DNA from: Tubiluchus corallicola
Lineage: Eukaryota > Animalia > Priapulida
Reading direction: 5' to 3'
Assembly: GCA_030141605.1 (NCBI GenBank)
Contig: JAQGDQ010000459.1
Coordinates: 24,545 to 88,544, forward strand
DNA length: 64,000 nt
The first letter of the stretch is position 1, and every line of letters starts with the position of its first letter. A model generated the notes under the pieces. That model saw only the letters and a list, made by a program, of their open reading frames with translations, had not been told where the DNA came from and did not search any database. This document shows, piece after piece, positions 53,601 through 64,000 of this stretch. The translations under genes and the position numbers were made by a program.

Positions 53601-54432
53601 TATTCTCTAATGTATACTTTATGCATACTTTATGCTGTATGCATTGCATCACCTGATACAAATGTCTGTTAAAATAAATATTATAAACTTTATTTAAAAT
53701 TTAAAACCAAATTAATAATGTAAATTGTACGATCCTAGGATTAAATATGTAAAAATTATTAACATAAATAACCTACTATTTATAAATATAATAACCTACA
53801 TTTATTATCATGAGTTTTCCATTAGACTTAATTATTCGCAAGTACATAGCAGTCGGTTTGCTTAACTATGTATCATGTCATTATGAACTAGTTCCCGCAT
53901 GATATTGATGTACAGCTTAAGGGTAGACTCATCTCGATTTCTTAGTTATTGTATTTATATCCATACTGTCTAGTTTCATTTTAAGTAATATACTCTATTT
54001 CTATTATTATTATTTATACAAGCACAATCAAAGATTAAATGGTGTTGCGTTTGAAAGACATTATTACATTGACACATTTCATTATCACTAACCACAATAC
54101 TATATTTAAAAGCATTACAGCCTCTGCTAAGTAGTAAACTAAATGCACTTGTTTCATTAAGTCTGTTATACTTTCTTAGAGGTAACTTTTAAGGCGCGGT
54201 GAAAATTGGGACTGTTTGCCGAGGCAGACCAGCTAACTGATTAGCATACTGCAATTTTCTGTGGCACAATGTTTCAATAAGTTTATTAACTTTTGACTTC
54301 CTATATTTGACGTTTAATGGATTAACACAGGCAACATGCAATTTTTGATTACGTTGAAATTCTATAGCTTTAGTGATTTTTAAACAGACAGACACACACA
54401 CAGATAGACAGACAGTAGACAGGCAGGCAGGC

Positions 54433-54471
<39 letters not shown>

Positions 54472-57400
54472 TAAACAAACTTACTTCAGACAGGCAGGGT
54501 AACTGACTAATATCTGACTCACGGGTTGAGGGGCTGGTTACCGAATAACCGACCGAGAGACCTAACAACTGATTAGCTCAACTGTTCACTGCAGCTAATG
54601 CTTGAAAAATTCTCTTTTTTCTACTTATTTCATGTTGAAGCAGCTAGATTCTCTGGAAAGAAAATGCATTTTACCTTTGGTACAAAGAGGGAATCTTCCA
54701 GTATCAGGAGTGTTTCCGCTACAGTTGCTGTTGCTGTTGTCATAGCTGTTGTTAAACTTACCACGACCCAGCTGACCGCTTCTTTTTTCAGCCCTGAAGA
54801 TTACAGCAACTATTAGTACACTGGGCATTGAAGTTTGACCAAAAAATAATATCGCAGGCTAAACAATTCATTATTTTGTTTAGCTTTAGTTTTACCTGCG
54901 GCGCACTTTTCCAATGCACGCACAGGTGGCGTAGCTAATGGGGGAGCAAAAGGAGCAACCGCTCCCCCTCGAAATCGGCACCTTTTCAATAATTTTTAAA
55001 GCAAAACCGGGCGGGCCCAGTCTTAAACTGCAGGTCAAAACGATCTGTTCTTTAAAATATTGAAAGGGAACATTCTATTTTTTCAAAAATGATTTGTGTG
55101 AAAGAAATATTACCATAAAAAACACAATTTCACGTTCGTGCCACTAGTTCTTCGCTGTTGCATTCATTTCACCATTCGTTAGTTAGACGGGCACTAGCGC
55201 CTGCATTCCGGAAGCAGGAGTCCTGATGTGTTAGTTTCTGACGAACCACGCACGTTCGAACACAGCGTGAACACAGCGGTAAATTTGAAATTTGAGTTTT
55301 TATCTTACCTAGTTTTAGTACAACACACTGAGTATCTTATATAGTAGCACTGTAATTCAATTTTCGCGTTTACAAACACGTGCAACATGCTCGTGGAATA
55401 TTTTTGTTCCTGAAAATTATGTTAGTTTGTGATGTCATCACTAGTTAGGCTCGCCTGCAGTCAATTAAGTTTTTAATCTATTATTTTACTATCAGAAATG
55501 CTTTTGCATTATTAATTGTGTTAAAATGTATACTTTTCATCGGACTTGAAAATGAATGGGTAGTATATGAAAAATCATCCTGTCTTCCTTCGTGTAAATA
55601 GCACTGATGTTTTTGTTATGTTTTGAGATTTAAGAGCTTACTTTTAATTGTGTTTTAATTTTAAATATAAAATAACAATTATATACATGCTTTAAAACTA
55701 TATCTTCCTTGTGTTTTGATTTGAAACACAAAATTAAAATGTATAATCAATCGTTAAAAATCGTTTGCTATGTGTCACGGCGCCTTTTTCAAGTGCTTCC
55801 TCCCCCTAAGTTTAGAACCTGACTACGCTCCTGACACGCATGCATGCATTTGTTATAGTAAAGAGACCCTTGTGAGGAGCAATTAGCTCAACCACGTGAA
55901 ATCTTGCGTACCACGTGATCTGAATTTTCACGCATTTGAGAGTTTAATTCAGGGGTGTGCAAATTGTCTGACTAGCCGGGCCACATTAAACTTTCCCGCA
56001 ATTCCCGCAGTTTGATCAAGGAGCCAAGTACAGAAAGGCCTAATAACTATTTTTTTGCATCCGACCTGCGTACATTATTACTACTACACTCAAGAAACTA
56101 TTTTAGAAGTTACTAAAATTTATATTACAAACCATATATTTCTACTTTCAGGACAGATAGTGGTAATTTCATTACAATGCATATTAGTGATGTGTATCAC
56201 ACAGTCTGTGTAGTACAGTGACATTAAGCTACAACTGTCTTGTAAGGGTTAATGGCATCCGATCTAGTAGAAAAAACTACCCGCACTATCTTTCAGATCG
56301 TGGCACGGACTTCAGCTGGATACACTCAATTAATCGCCCGGGCCGCACTTTCATTACGTTGACAAACCTCTTCGCGGGCCGCACAAATTCTCTCGGCGGG
56401 CCGCAAGTGGCCCACGGGCCGCAATTTGCACACCCCTGGTTTAATTGAAACACCGCTATGAGTTTTTTAAGTGAAAAGAGCAATTTTCGTGACTTTTTTT
56501 CAGATTGGGAATCAACAATTGGACACGTGACCTCGTGAGCCAAGAAAAGAGACTAACCTTCCGAAAAGAATTACCAGATGGCGTTATTTTACCTACTAAG
56601 ATTGAACGAAACTTTTAATTGACGCATTTGTAAATATTGTAACAGAAAAATTTTATTATTAACATATTTTGTAATTTCTAAATGTTTAATTGATCTGCAA
56701 AGCTTAGTTCATTTTCTTGCTGTACTGGAAGTTTCAATGATATAACTCATATATATATATATATATATACTAGGCCTAGATGTGCCCACATAGATGTAAA
56801 TATTCTCTATAATCATTATGATAAATATCACGTGTAGATTAATTAGTGATTTCGCGTATTGCTTAATAATTTTAATAGCGGCAAATGTGTTTTTCTGGTT
56901 GTAATAATTAATAGTCTTACACTGTATTAGTTATACTTTTTTAACGTTGTATCATTAATGTATCAACGAAAACTTATACATATGTGAGTACTTATAATTA
57001 AATTAAACATTGTCTGCAACTGGAAACTCATTTATGTACATATGTACATTGTAAAATAAAAAGATTAAACTTTATCAAATTAATTCACTCTAATAGTTAA
57101 TATATGTAATCGTTTGTGTTATGTAAAAAATATACTACACGTGGAAGGTGTAGTTTCTCTGTGATAACTTGGCAATACTGTAGAAAGTTAGCTGTATCTG
57201 ATCAATTTGACAAAGAAAATGAATGAACCAGTATGTGGTAAACGTGTCTGCATAATCTGTTGAACAAATTTGTAAAGAAGAGCAATGAAACTCCCACTGA
57301 GTTCATTAACTGCTGTCCTTACTGTAGCTTTGTTTTTATAACCTGTTCCAGGCCAAGGATAAACAAGAAGAGAAACTCCCGCTCCCTGAGAATAGAAACT

Positions 57401-60400
57401 GTATTACGATTTCTTCTTAAAGGAAAATCGGACCCAGTCTTAAACTGTAGCTCAAAACAATCTATCCTTATAAAAGAATGAACGAGAACGGACCATTTTT
57501 TCAAGAATGACTGACTCATGTGAAAGAACGATTACAACAGAAACATAATTTTGCGTTCGCGCGGTTAGTTCTTCGCTGTTTCACGTATTTCGCATTTAGG
57601 GGCTCGCCGGCCGTTAACCCTTTCAGTCCCAAATAATTTTTTTAATAAGAAATTTTTTTTGGCTTGTTACTTTTGTTCAGTATGTCCATCTTGTTTACAC
57701 ATAATAATTTTTTTTTCTACCTGTGCCCGCGTGCTAAATATAGCCTGTATCCCACGGGATACATTGGGATTCAATGGAAGCATAAAATGTGCTTCATTTT
57801 GCAACTGCTGATAATTTTTTAAAGTATCTAAGACATTTAGTATGCATGCTATGCTGATCTGTACAAACTCGTCTCTAAAGTAATGTACCTTGTGCAGTTT
57901 TTTATGCTATGTAGATTTTCTAGTTTGTCATTTTATCACCATTTTTAGTCTATTGTTATTGGCTTAAATCAAAATAACTATTAACAGATCAAATAAATGT
58001 CAGTTTTAAAATTTTATTAATTTTAAAGGCAGAAAATATTCTCGTATCCCGCGGGATACAACGGGTATGAAAGGGTTAATGGAGTTTTTAATCTATTATT
58101 TAATTATCAGAAACACTATGGCGTTATTACGCGAGTTAAAATGCATACTTTTCACTGTACTTCAAAATATGGCAGGAAAAATCATCATCCTGTTTTCTTT
58201 TAACATTAAAATTTGACAACTTAATAAGAAAGAGACGTTTAATTGTCACTCACATAATGAAGGTAAAACGAACAGAATGTTTTCCCAACATTTGATCTAC
58301 GACAGAGTTGATAAGTTGCTGATTGTTTATTAAAAATCTTGGCTGCCCACAGTCGTGTATTAATGTAGCTTCATTCACCATCTGCAAATATATTCAATTT
58401 TCATCATCTACAATTGTTGTACGTATACTTGTAATTGTGTTTCTCAGTCAAGAGATTATTTCTTGCTGACTCACTGACTGATGGATGGATAGATCAGTTA
58501 ACCAATGAACTCACCTGTTGGCTGCTGATCAATAATTAATAATACTGACCAGCTGATAAATTCACCGACCAAGTGACTGAGTTAATAAATGAAAGCAAAT
58601 ATGAATGAATAAACGAAAGAATGAACGAACGAACGAGTGAATGAATGAATGTATGAATAAATAAAAAAATAAACAATGAATAATGAAGGAATGAACGATG
58701 GAATAAATGAATGTATGAATGAATGAACGAATGGTTGGATTAATGAATGAATGAACGAACATAATCAATGAATGAAAGAAACAGATAAATCAACAAAACA
58801 CTTTTTTACAAATAGAATTTAAAAGTTTTGAAAAATCATTCAAAATAGCAGAATAACACCAGACAAATGAAACTTAATTTCTTCAGTTCCTTACCACGTC
58901 TGCAAACAGAGACCTCTTCTGTCATAAACGGGTATTATATCCCTATCAGTACCCCTTGTGTTGACTGCACAATAGAGTGATTTGATTCTATGATACAATA
59001 CTAATAATAGACGTCTATATTTCTTCCTCTACAACATGTAGTAAGGTTAAACGATTTCATTTGTTGGACGACTTTAATAATTACACGCGACTAGACATTC
59101 CACTTACCTTTCATTTTCTTTAAGCAAACTTTTTATCAAAGTTACAATCTTGGAAACCGGTTTCAACTAGATTTTGACACTAGATAAGCAGCCACCAGAG
59201 AAAATAACAACGTTTAGATTATGTGAAAAAGTTTTGTTATATAAAAACTCGTGTACCAGTTATTATATGCCAAAACAATTTAAGTTGTGTTACTAACCAG
59301 TATTACAATGGAGTTTGACATATGTACATAGTATGTCATATAGAAGAAACCGTTCACTGCATGTTTTACTGTGGCTTGACGTTTTTAAAAATCAGATATT
59401 AAAACTTGTATTTCCATAACAGAAGAAAGGAAATTTTTCCAAAATTTACTGTTTTAAATAAAAAAGAAACTCAGCTTTTGACATTTCTTCATCTACGTAA
59501 CTTCTGTGTCATAAAAATATTATTATGACGAATTGTTCTACGTATTTTCCCTTTTTTACATTGCGAATCCAAGGTTTTAATTGGTTAATAACGGAAATCT
59601 TAGCCTATTGTTGAAACAAAGCGTTTTTATATTCAGGAATATTTTGATTTTTCTTGCGCTACACACTTGATGAGATAAGTTCTCCCATATTGCTGAGATC
59701 TAGAGGATTTAGTCAGAGCCGTTTTTCCAAGTTACGTGATAAAGCAACATCAAAAGCTGAATTTATTTTGTCATTTAAAACAATATATTTTAGAAAAAAT
59801 TCTTTTCTTTGCTATGGAAATATAATTTTAAAGGTCACATTTAAAAAGAATTGTGGAAATAAAATATATAAAAGTTGCAACAAATTTTTGATGTGTGTAA
59901 AATTGTACTTGTTCATTATTATGCGGTTTTGACAAGCCTGTCTGTCTTTGTTACAATTCAATATGTTTAATTGGAAACTTTTTCGCTTTGAACTCTCTTC
60001 AGTTCCTGGTAGAAAATTTGCATGTGCAGCAGTTTTTGTCCAAAAAGCTTCGACGAGCATTTCATTCGGTTAGTTTTATTGCACCAGAAACGCAAATACA
60101 AGTCTGGATGACCATTTCATTGGGCTGTTTTTTTGCACCAGAAACGCAAATACGGGAAGTGCTGTGTATAACAAGCGAATGCCAATGTACCTCGAAGTAA
60201 AGACGTTAATAGACCAGTGCAGTGACCAGCACTGATTACTGCAAATAAAAGAAAAAAACCCTTTTAATGAGAGTCGAAATGACTGACTTAATTAACTGAA
60301 GCGTGTTGCTTTTATGTTAAACACGAGCTAACTAAAATGTCAGCAGGGTCATCGTGAAAACTTGCAGTCTCCGTAGTGTAGAGGTTTCATTGAAATTGAA

Positions 60401-63400
60401 CATCCCTCCACCGTGCTAAAAACTGTGAAATGGTTTAAAACATTTGTAGTTAAAACACAACAACTTTATTAAAACTTAATTTACATAGTTAAAAATCATG
60501 CCAAATGTTTCGACAGACTGGTGCTGCCATGATTAGTGGTAAATTTTTACAAACATACAGCTAGTTTATACGATTGTATGTTTATAAAAATTTAGCACTG
60601 ATGATCATGACAGCAGTAGCTCTGTCGAAACGTTTGACATGATTTTTTAACTATGTAAATTAAATGTTTTAATAAAGTTGTGAAGTTTTAACTTTAAATG
60701 TTTTTAAGTGCCTGTAATATAAAAAAAACTGACTTGGTTTAAATTTTTTCAATTGACTGTGACCTTTCATTTGCACTTCGAATTCTCAATCCTTCAACAT
60801 TCTAGCTACATACCTAAAATGCCAACCTCAACAGCCTAACTTTGTTAAAGATGTCACGTATCTAAAATGCAAAAGTGGCTAAAGCCTCGAAAACGTAGCT
60901 CGCTTTGTTGAATTGCTGGACCTGCTTAACAAAGATATGGATGACGAACGGGAAAATGTATTGTACGCCGTTTTTCTAGGTTGGACGTGTGTCTGTTCAA
61001 TCGTAGCAAAGACACCTCTGTAAAAAGTAGCAGGAAAAAAGTCACAGGAAAATTTCACAGGGAAAAACTCACAGGAAAAATTATAACCCTATTCCTGATC
61101 TTGACTTGAAGATTTTTGTTTGATTACCTGACTTTCTTGCCTAGACAAAATTGTAACTTTATTCTATTGATTTCCTTTATTAGACTAAATTGTGGCTTTT
61201 TTGAGTTTTTTCTATTGACTTTTTTCCGAGACAAAATTGTGATTTTTTCCTTTGACTTTCTTTCCTAGATAAAATTGTTACTTTTTCCTTTGACTTTCTT
61301 TCCTTGACAAAATTGTTACTTTTTCCTTTGACTTTCTTTCCTAGACAAAATTGTTACTTTTTCCTTTGACTTCCTTTCCTAGACAAAATTGTAACTTTTG
61401 TACTTTGACTGTCTTTCCTAGACAAAATTGTTACTTCTTCCTTTGAACTTTCTTTCCTAGACAAAATTGTAACTTTTGTACTTTGACTTTCTTCCCTAGA
61501 CAAAATTGTAACTTTTGTACTTTGACTGTCTTTCCTAGACATAATTGTTACTTATTCCTTTGACTTTCTTTCCTAGACAAAATTGTAACTTTCGTACTTT
61601 GACTGTCTTTCCTAATCAAAATGGTAACTTTTTCCTTTGACTTTATTACCTAGACAAAATTGTAACTTTCGTACTTTGACTTTATTACCTAGACAAAATT
61701 GTAACTTTCGTACTTTGACTTTATTATCGGTCACCAAAACTCTTCATGCCTCTGTAACTGTTACAGAATTAAAGGCCATAAAAGAGTCTCAAATAGCAAT
61801 AATAATCATTATCGATCACGTATAACTTGTAGTAATAAACAAACAGAGGAAATGACCGATTGCTCTATTTTTGCTGAAAACGCTACGCTTCACTTCGCTT
61901 TATTTATGGGCACAGGTGCTGTGTAGTATCTACAAAACTTTTTAACGTTGCCAATTGACCCCCCCCCCCGCGCGCCTTCCTGTGTTAATTATACAAAGCA
62001 TTTATAGAAATCATACGGGAAGTCAATCAATCACTAAACAGGTCGAAGTTTCGGTACGCTGGCCGCAAATTGTAGACATTTTCTCATGATTAAAAGTGTA
62101 GGAAAGCAAACTTGATTTCTGGAAACTTCACACATCCGTCTGAGCAACGGTTTGCAGAGCTGGCTGAGTAAGCACTGATTTGACACCAATTCTTATGACA
62201 CCCCCCAATCCTAGGTCATTATTGCCGTCCATTAATTGAAGACTGGAGACGTCAGGTTGCTTTATAAGATTTTAATATGTAGCAATCTAACAGCCAGTAC
62301 ATAGATTAAAAATTTTATTATTGGGTTTCCTTCTAAAAGTCTATAGGCACTCTGATAATTTTTTCCAAAAACATAACATGAGGAGAAACGTAATAAGAAT
62401 TTTGTTTCCTTAATTAGTAATTGTACAAAACCTAGCCACTGGGGGGGGGGAGCCAGCCCAAGTCAGTGCCGGTCCCAAGCCCGGATAAATAGGGAGGGTT
62501 AGGGTCAGGAAGGGCATCAGCCTGTAAAAACTGCGCCAAAACCTTCTATGAATGAGTTTCCACAAAGAAGTGGTCTGACCCGCTCTAATCTATGGGTTGG
62601 AAGCAGCTTCTCTAAAGAAGACCGAAGAGAAGAAAATGGATGTGGTGGAGGTGAGGATGTTGAGATGGATGGTGGGAATGACAAGAAGAGATAAAATTAG
62701 AAATAATAATATCAGAGGAACAGTAAAAGTAGTGGAAGCCTCGCAAGAAGCGATGGTATGGACAACTGAAAAGAAGAGTCGGTGAAGATCTTGTGGGAAT
62801 TGAAGACATAAATGAAGAGATGGTCAACAACAGGAATGCGTGGAGAAGACTCATTCACAACGGCGACCCCGCATAGGGAAAAACTGGAAAGAATAATAAC
62901 TAGTAATTGTACTGATTCTTCTAATTCAGTTTTTAATACATCTTCTCTATGAATTTTGTATCCTTTATTTCAATGATACTGTACACCTTCGTTTTATATG
63001 TAGTTTTACCTGTAATTTTTACTACAGCGGAAGGGGGGGGGGGAGTAAAAAGATGCTAAATTTAATGCTAAAAGGACGCTAAACTCCTGCGATGACTGTT
63101 ATAGAAGCAGTCCATAGAAACGGTAACTCGTGAAACAAGTTTAGACAATATTGCGTAAAGTTAAAAAAATCAGAGCATTCGTAGCACAATCTTCGCGATC
63201 TAAGCAAAGGTATCAATTACTTTATATTGTCAATAATAAGATCAATAATGTGTTTGTGAATCGGTGGTGCACACTGGGATGGCGATGCAGTGCCGTTTCA
63301 CCAGGTGGAGTGCACATTTAAAATTATTAAGAAGTTTCTCTTTCAATTGTCTTTCGAACAAGTAAGTGTAATGCTAAGTAATATAATTTTATATGGAAAG

Positions 63401-63835
63401 TTTTTTGGGACATGCTTTAAAATTTTCTTTTCTTACCCTAGCTTACAATTTTATACAGAAAACATTTACTTAATACAATCCCTGTTTTGGTAAGAAATAT
63501 GTCTTCTACTAAAGTACATTTTTGGTGCAAACCCCACTGACTGTTGTACGTTTAGGCAACAGATTCAGGGCAACAAAGTTCCACTAGAAAATTTCTCATA
63601 TACTCACACCAAGTAAAACCGGTTGGTAGGATTGAGTGAAGCCAAAGTCGTATCCTAGCAGCTGGAAGCACTTATCACACGTGACGTCAGCTTCATTCCA
63701 CTGAGCTGTGGTACTTATAGCATCTTTGATTTGCTGACCAATGTTGGCTAGTATTTTTTCCTTTGTTTCAGCACCACAATGTTGGGTCTTCAGGTAAAAC
63801 CATAGAATGTCTGTGTCCATGTAATCATTGCAGTC
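44560..63835 (-). CDS. CPED1: CPED1-like (cadherin-like and PC-esterase domain protein); 5' exons outside window
   Basis: Well-supported exons: 63835-63608, 53192-53030, 51070-50911, 49984-49724, 49509-49277, 47359-47258, 47151-47067, 46289-about 46140, 44616-44560. Probable exons: 58381-58254, about 57467-57323, 54793-54675. Motifs CFQLLGYD, PDFSPEIKKY, GEWLVPC.SC....C.WRE..WQP..C, ILGDST, VFGGAHW, C.CHFH, VNQAYSDILL..LC. Confidence 0.88.
45865..45990 (-). mobile_element. BEL/Pao LTR-retrotransposon gag (DUF1759-like) fragment
   Basis: RIPKLEIKPFNGNILEWQTFWSMFSDVVDSNPDLSEV, in a frame not shown in the ORF track. Confidence 0.7.
46140..46289 (-). CDS. CPED1: CPED1-like exon with CxCHFH motif (donor position uncertain)
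   Basis: ctttag|LNAENVWKRNQLVQIYARKLGIETVNYFNVTAPMFQQFDSGPCACHFHKE. Confidence 0.8.
46480..46890. repeat. 43-bp minisatellite, about 10 copies
   Basis: GCATGCACGTGACGTCACTGGTATCTCTAGTGCATTCAACAAC. Confidence 0.95.
47067..47151 (-). CDS. CPED1: CPED1-like exon
   Basis: AGLANVRVIVKLDNSAFHHPSMFAGATL|gtatgt. Confidence 0.85.
47258..47359 (-). CDS. CPED1: CPED1-like exon
   Basis: ASSIRDDSSTVFVFGGAHWMDVKYLKWFLNKLH. Confidence 0.85.
47655..48624 (-). mobile_element. Internally deleted pogo/Fot1-like (Tc1/mariner) transposon
   Basis: 25-bp TIR CCGTAAAACGGGGTGAGTTCGCCAC with TA TSD. 48405-47935 encodes a disrupted HTH_psq/CENP-B HTH region (YTPEALEAALHAV...SAAARQFGVP..TLSDKL...GGQPVFS..EE...FPMT..DLR..IKS.LD); no DDE domain. 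Confidence 0.9.
48670..48990. repeat. Degenerate (CAT)n microsatellite
   Basis: Direct reading. Confidence 0.9.
49277..49509 (-). CDS. CPED1: CPED1-like PC-esterase exon with GDS nucleophile motif
   Basis: ttgcag|IFILGDSTLRESMNYILEK...FSDLLN|gtatgt. Confidence 0.92.
49724..49984 (-). CDS. CPED1: CPED1-like Cys-rich exon
   Basis: DCNYVFDPTTPCGLQ...GEWLVPCRSCYEEKSCHWREAVWQPYRC...CLTKKQ|gtaagt. Confidence 0.92.
50150..50225. repeat. Degenerate (TTAGGG)n-like tract
   Basis: ttagggttaggttgggttagagttagagttagggttgggtaagggttaggg. Confidence 0.6.
50911..51070 (-). CDS. CPED1: CPED1-like exon (end of cadherin-like domain)
   Basis: PQFQTVVVGSFSLHLRVPGSKSHYLIKQYREG...EVCSLKQ|gtaaac; phases 2/0 fit both neighbours. 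Confidence 0.75.
53030..53192 (-). CDS. CPED1: CPED1-like cadherin-like domain exon
   Basis: LSALHVYPGEMKPDFSPEIKKYSLHLNSSQSLIQILAIPKHCDAE. Confidence 0.85.
53315..53435. repeat. (CAGA)n microsatellite; another at 54385-54470
   Basis: Direct reading. Confidence 0.85.
54675..54793 (-). CDS. CPED1: Probable CPED1-like linker exon
   Basis: cttcag|AEKRSGQLGRGKFNNSYDNSNSNCSGNTPDTGRFPLCTK|gtaaaa; phase-1 end fits 53192. Confidence 0.5.
54923..55833. mobile_element. hAT-like MITE
   Basis: TIR CAGGTGGCGTAG ... CTACGCTCCTG; flanks GCACGCA/ACACGCA; internal sequence recurs at 57540-57610 and 58080-58200. Confidence 0.65.
55950..56438. mobile_element. hAT (Charlie-type) MITE
   Basis: TIR CAGGGGTGTGCAAATTG ... 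CAATTTGCACACCCCTG; perfect 8-bp TSD GTTTAATT; GGGCCGC subterminal repeats. Confidence 0.9.
57614..58079. mobile_element. piggyBac-like MITE nested in an older repeat
   Basis: TTAA-CCCTTTCA ... TGAAAGGG-TTAA; internal palindromes GTATCCC(A/G)CGGGATAC at about 57747 and 58044. Confidence 0.8.
58254..58381 (-). CDS. CPED1: Probable CPED1-like exon
   Basis: tttgcag|MVNEATLIHDCGQPRFLINNQQLINSVVDQMLGKHSVRFTFI|gtgagt; phase-0 start fits the previous exon. Confidence 0.55.
58585..58780. repeat. Degenerate (TGAA)n microsatellite
   Basis: Direct reading. Confidence 0.85.
60445..60725. mobile_element. About 250-bp imperfect palindrome; Penelope-like inverted terminal repeats with a hammerhead-like core
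   Basis: Arms 60448-60560 and 60575-60693 are reverse complements; CTGATGA...GACAG/CTGTC-GAAACGTT at 60598-60634. Confidence 0.55.
61130..61728. repeat. About 39-bp degenerate minisatellite, about 14-15 copies
   Basis: CCTAGACAAAATTGT(A/T)ACTTTT..CTTTGACTTTCTTT. Confidence 0.9.
62427..62900 (+). mobile_element. Non-autonomous RTE (Expander/Rex3-like) derivative
   Basis: RTE-like 5' leader GTCCCAAGCCCGGATAAAT..GAGGGTT..GTCAGGAAGGGCATC; post-RT peptide EKKMDVVEVRMLRWMVGMTRRDKIRN..IRG..KV; 3' end GGCGACCCC..(AAT)n; 12-bp TSD TAGTAATTGTAC. Confidence 0.8.
63608..63835 (-). CDS. CPED1: CPED1-like exon with TTL/ATP-grasp-like motif
   Basis: cccag|DCNDYMDTDILWFYLK...CDKCFQLLGYDFGFTQSYQPVLLG|gtgagt. 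Confidence 0.8.
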
Positions 63836-64000
63836 CTGGGTAAAATAGTTAAAAAGTAATTTTCAACAGCAAAAATATTCTACGAGCGTGTCGCACGTGT
63901 TTGCGAAAGAGAAAATTGAAGTACAGTGCGACTGTAAGATATTCAGTGTGTTGCACTAAAACTAGGCAAGTTTTATGATAAAAATTCAAATTTCAAATTT

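Noticed and set aside
58895-61020. Candidate extra CPED1 exons at about 58895-58990, 60191-60238 and 60900-61017
   Set aside because: Splice-like sites exist, but the phases do not chain with the phase-0 junction 63608 to 58381 and I recognise no homology.

Overview
AT-rich, intron-rich eukaryotic DNA, most likely an invertebrate animal; I see nothing prokaryotic. Three spliced host genes can be reconstructed by hand. (1) Serine palmitoyltransferase subunit 2 (SPTLC2/LCB2) lies on the minus strand, with exons 1-6 between 13582 and 517, and runs off the left edge. (2) A reticulon lies on the plus strand (about 15.9-40 kb), head-to-head with SPTLC2. It has a 2.1-kb acidic exon, a probable alternative first exon and a complete reticulon homology domain (RHD). 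(3) A CPED1-like gene (TTL/ATP-grasp-like motif, cadherin-like domain, PC-esterase) lies on the minus strand, 63835 to 44560, with its 5' part outside the window. SPTLC2 intron 1 holds two non-LTR retrotransposons back-to-back in a (GA)n tract: a near-intact CR1/L2-group element and a truncated RTEX-like fragment. Introns also carry many hAT, piggyBac, Harbinger and pogo MITEs, SINE fragments, Penelope-like palindromes and minisatellites. All family assignments come from motif recognition by eye, not database searches.
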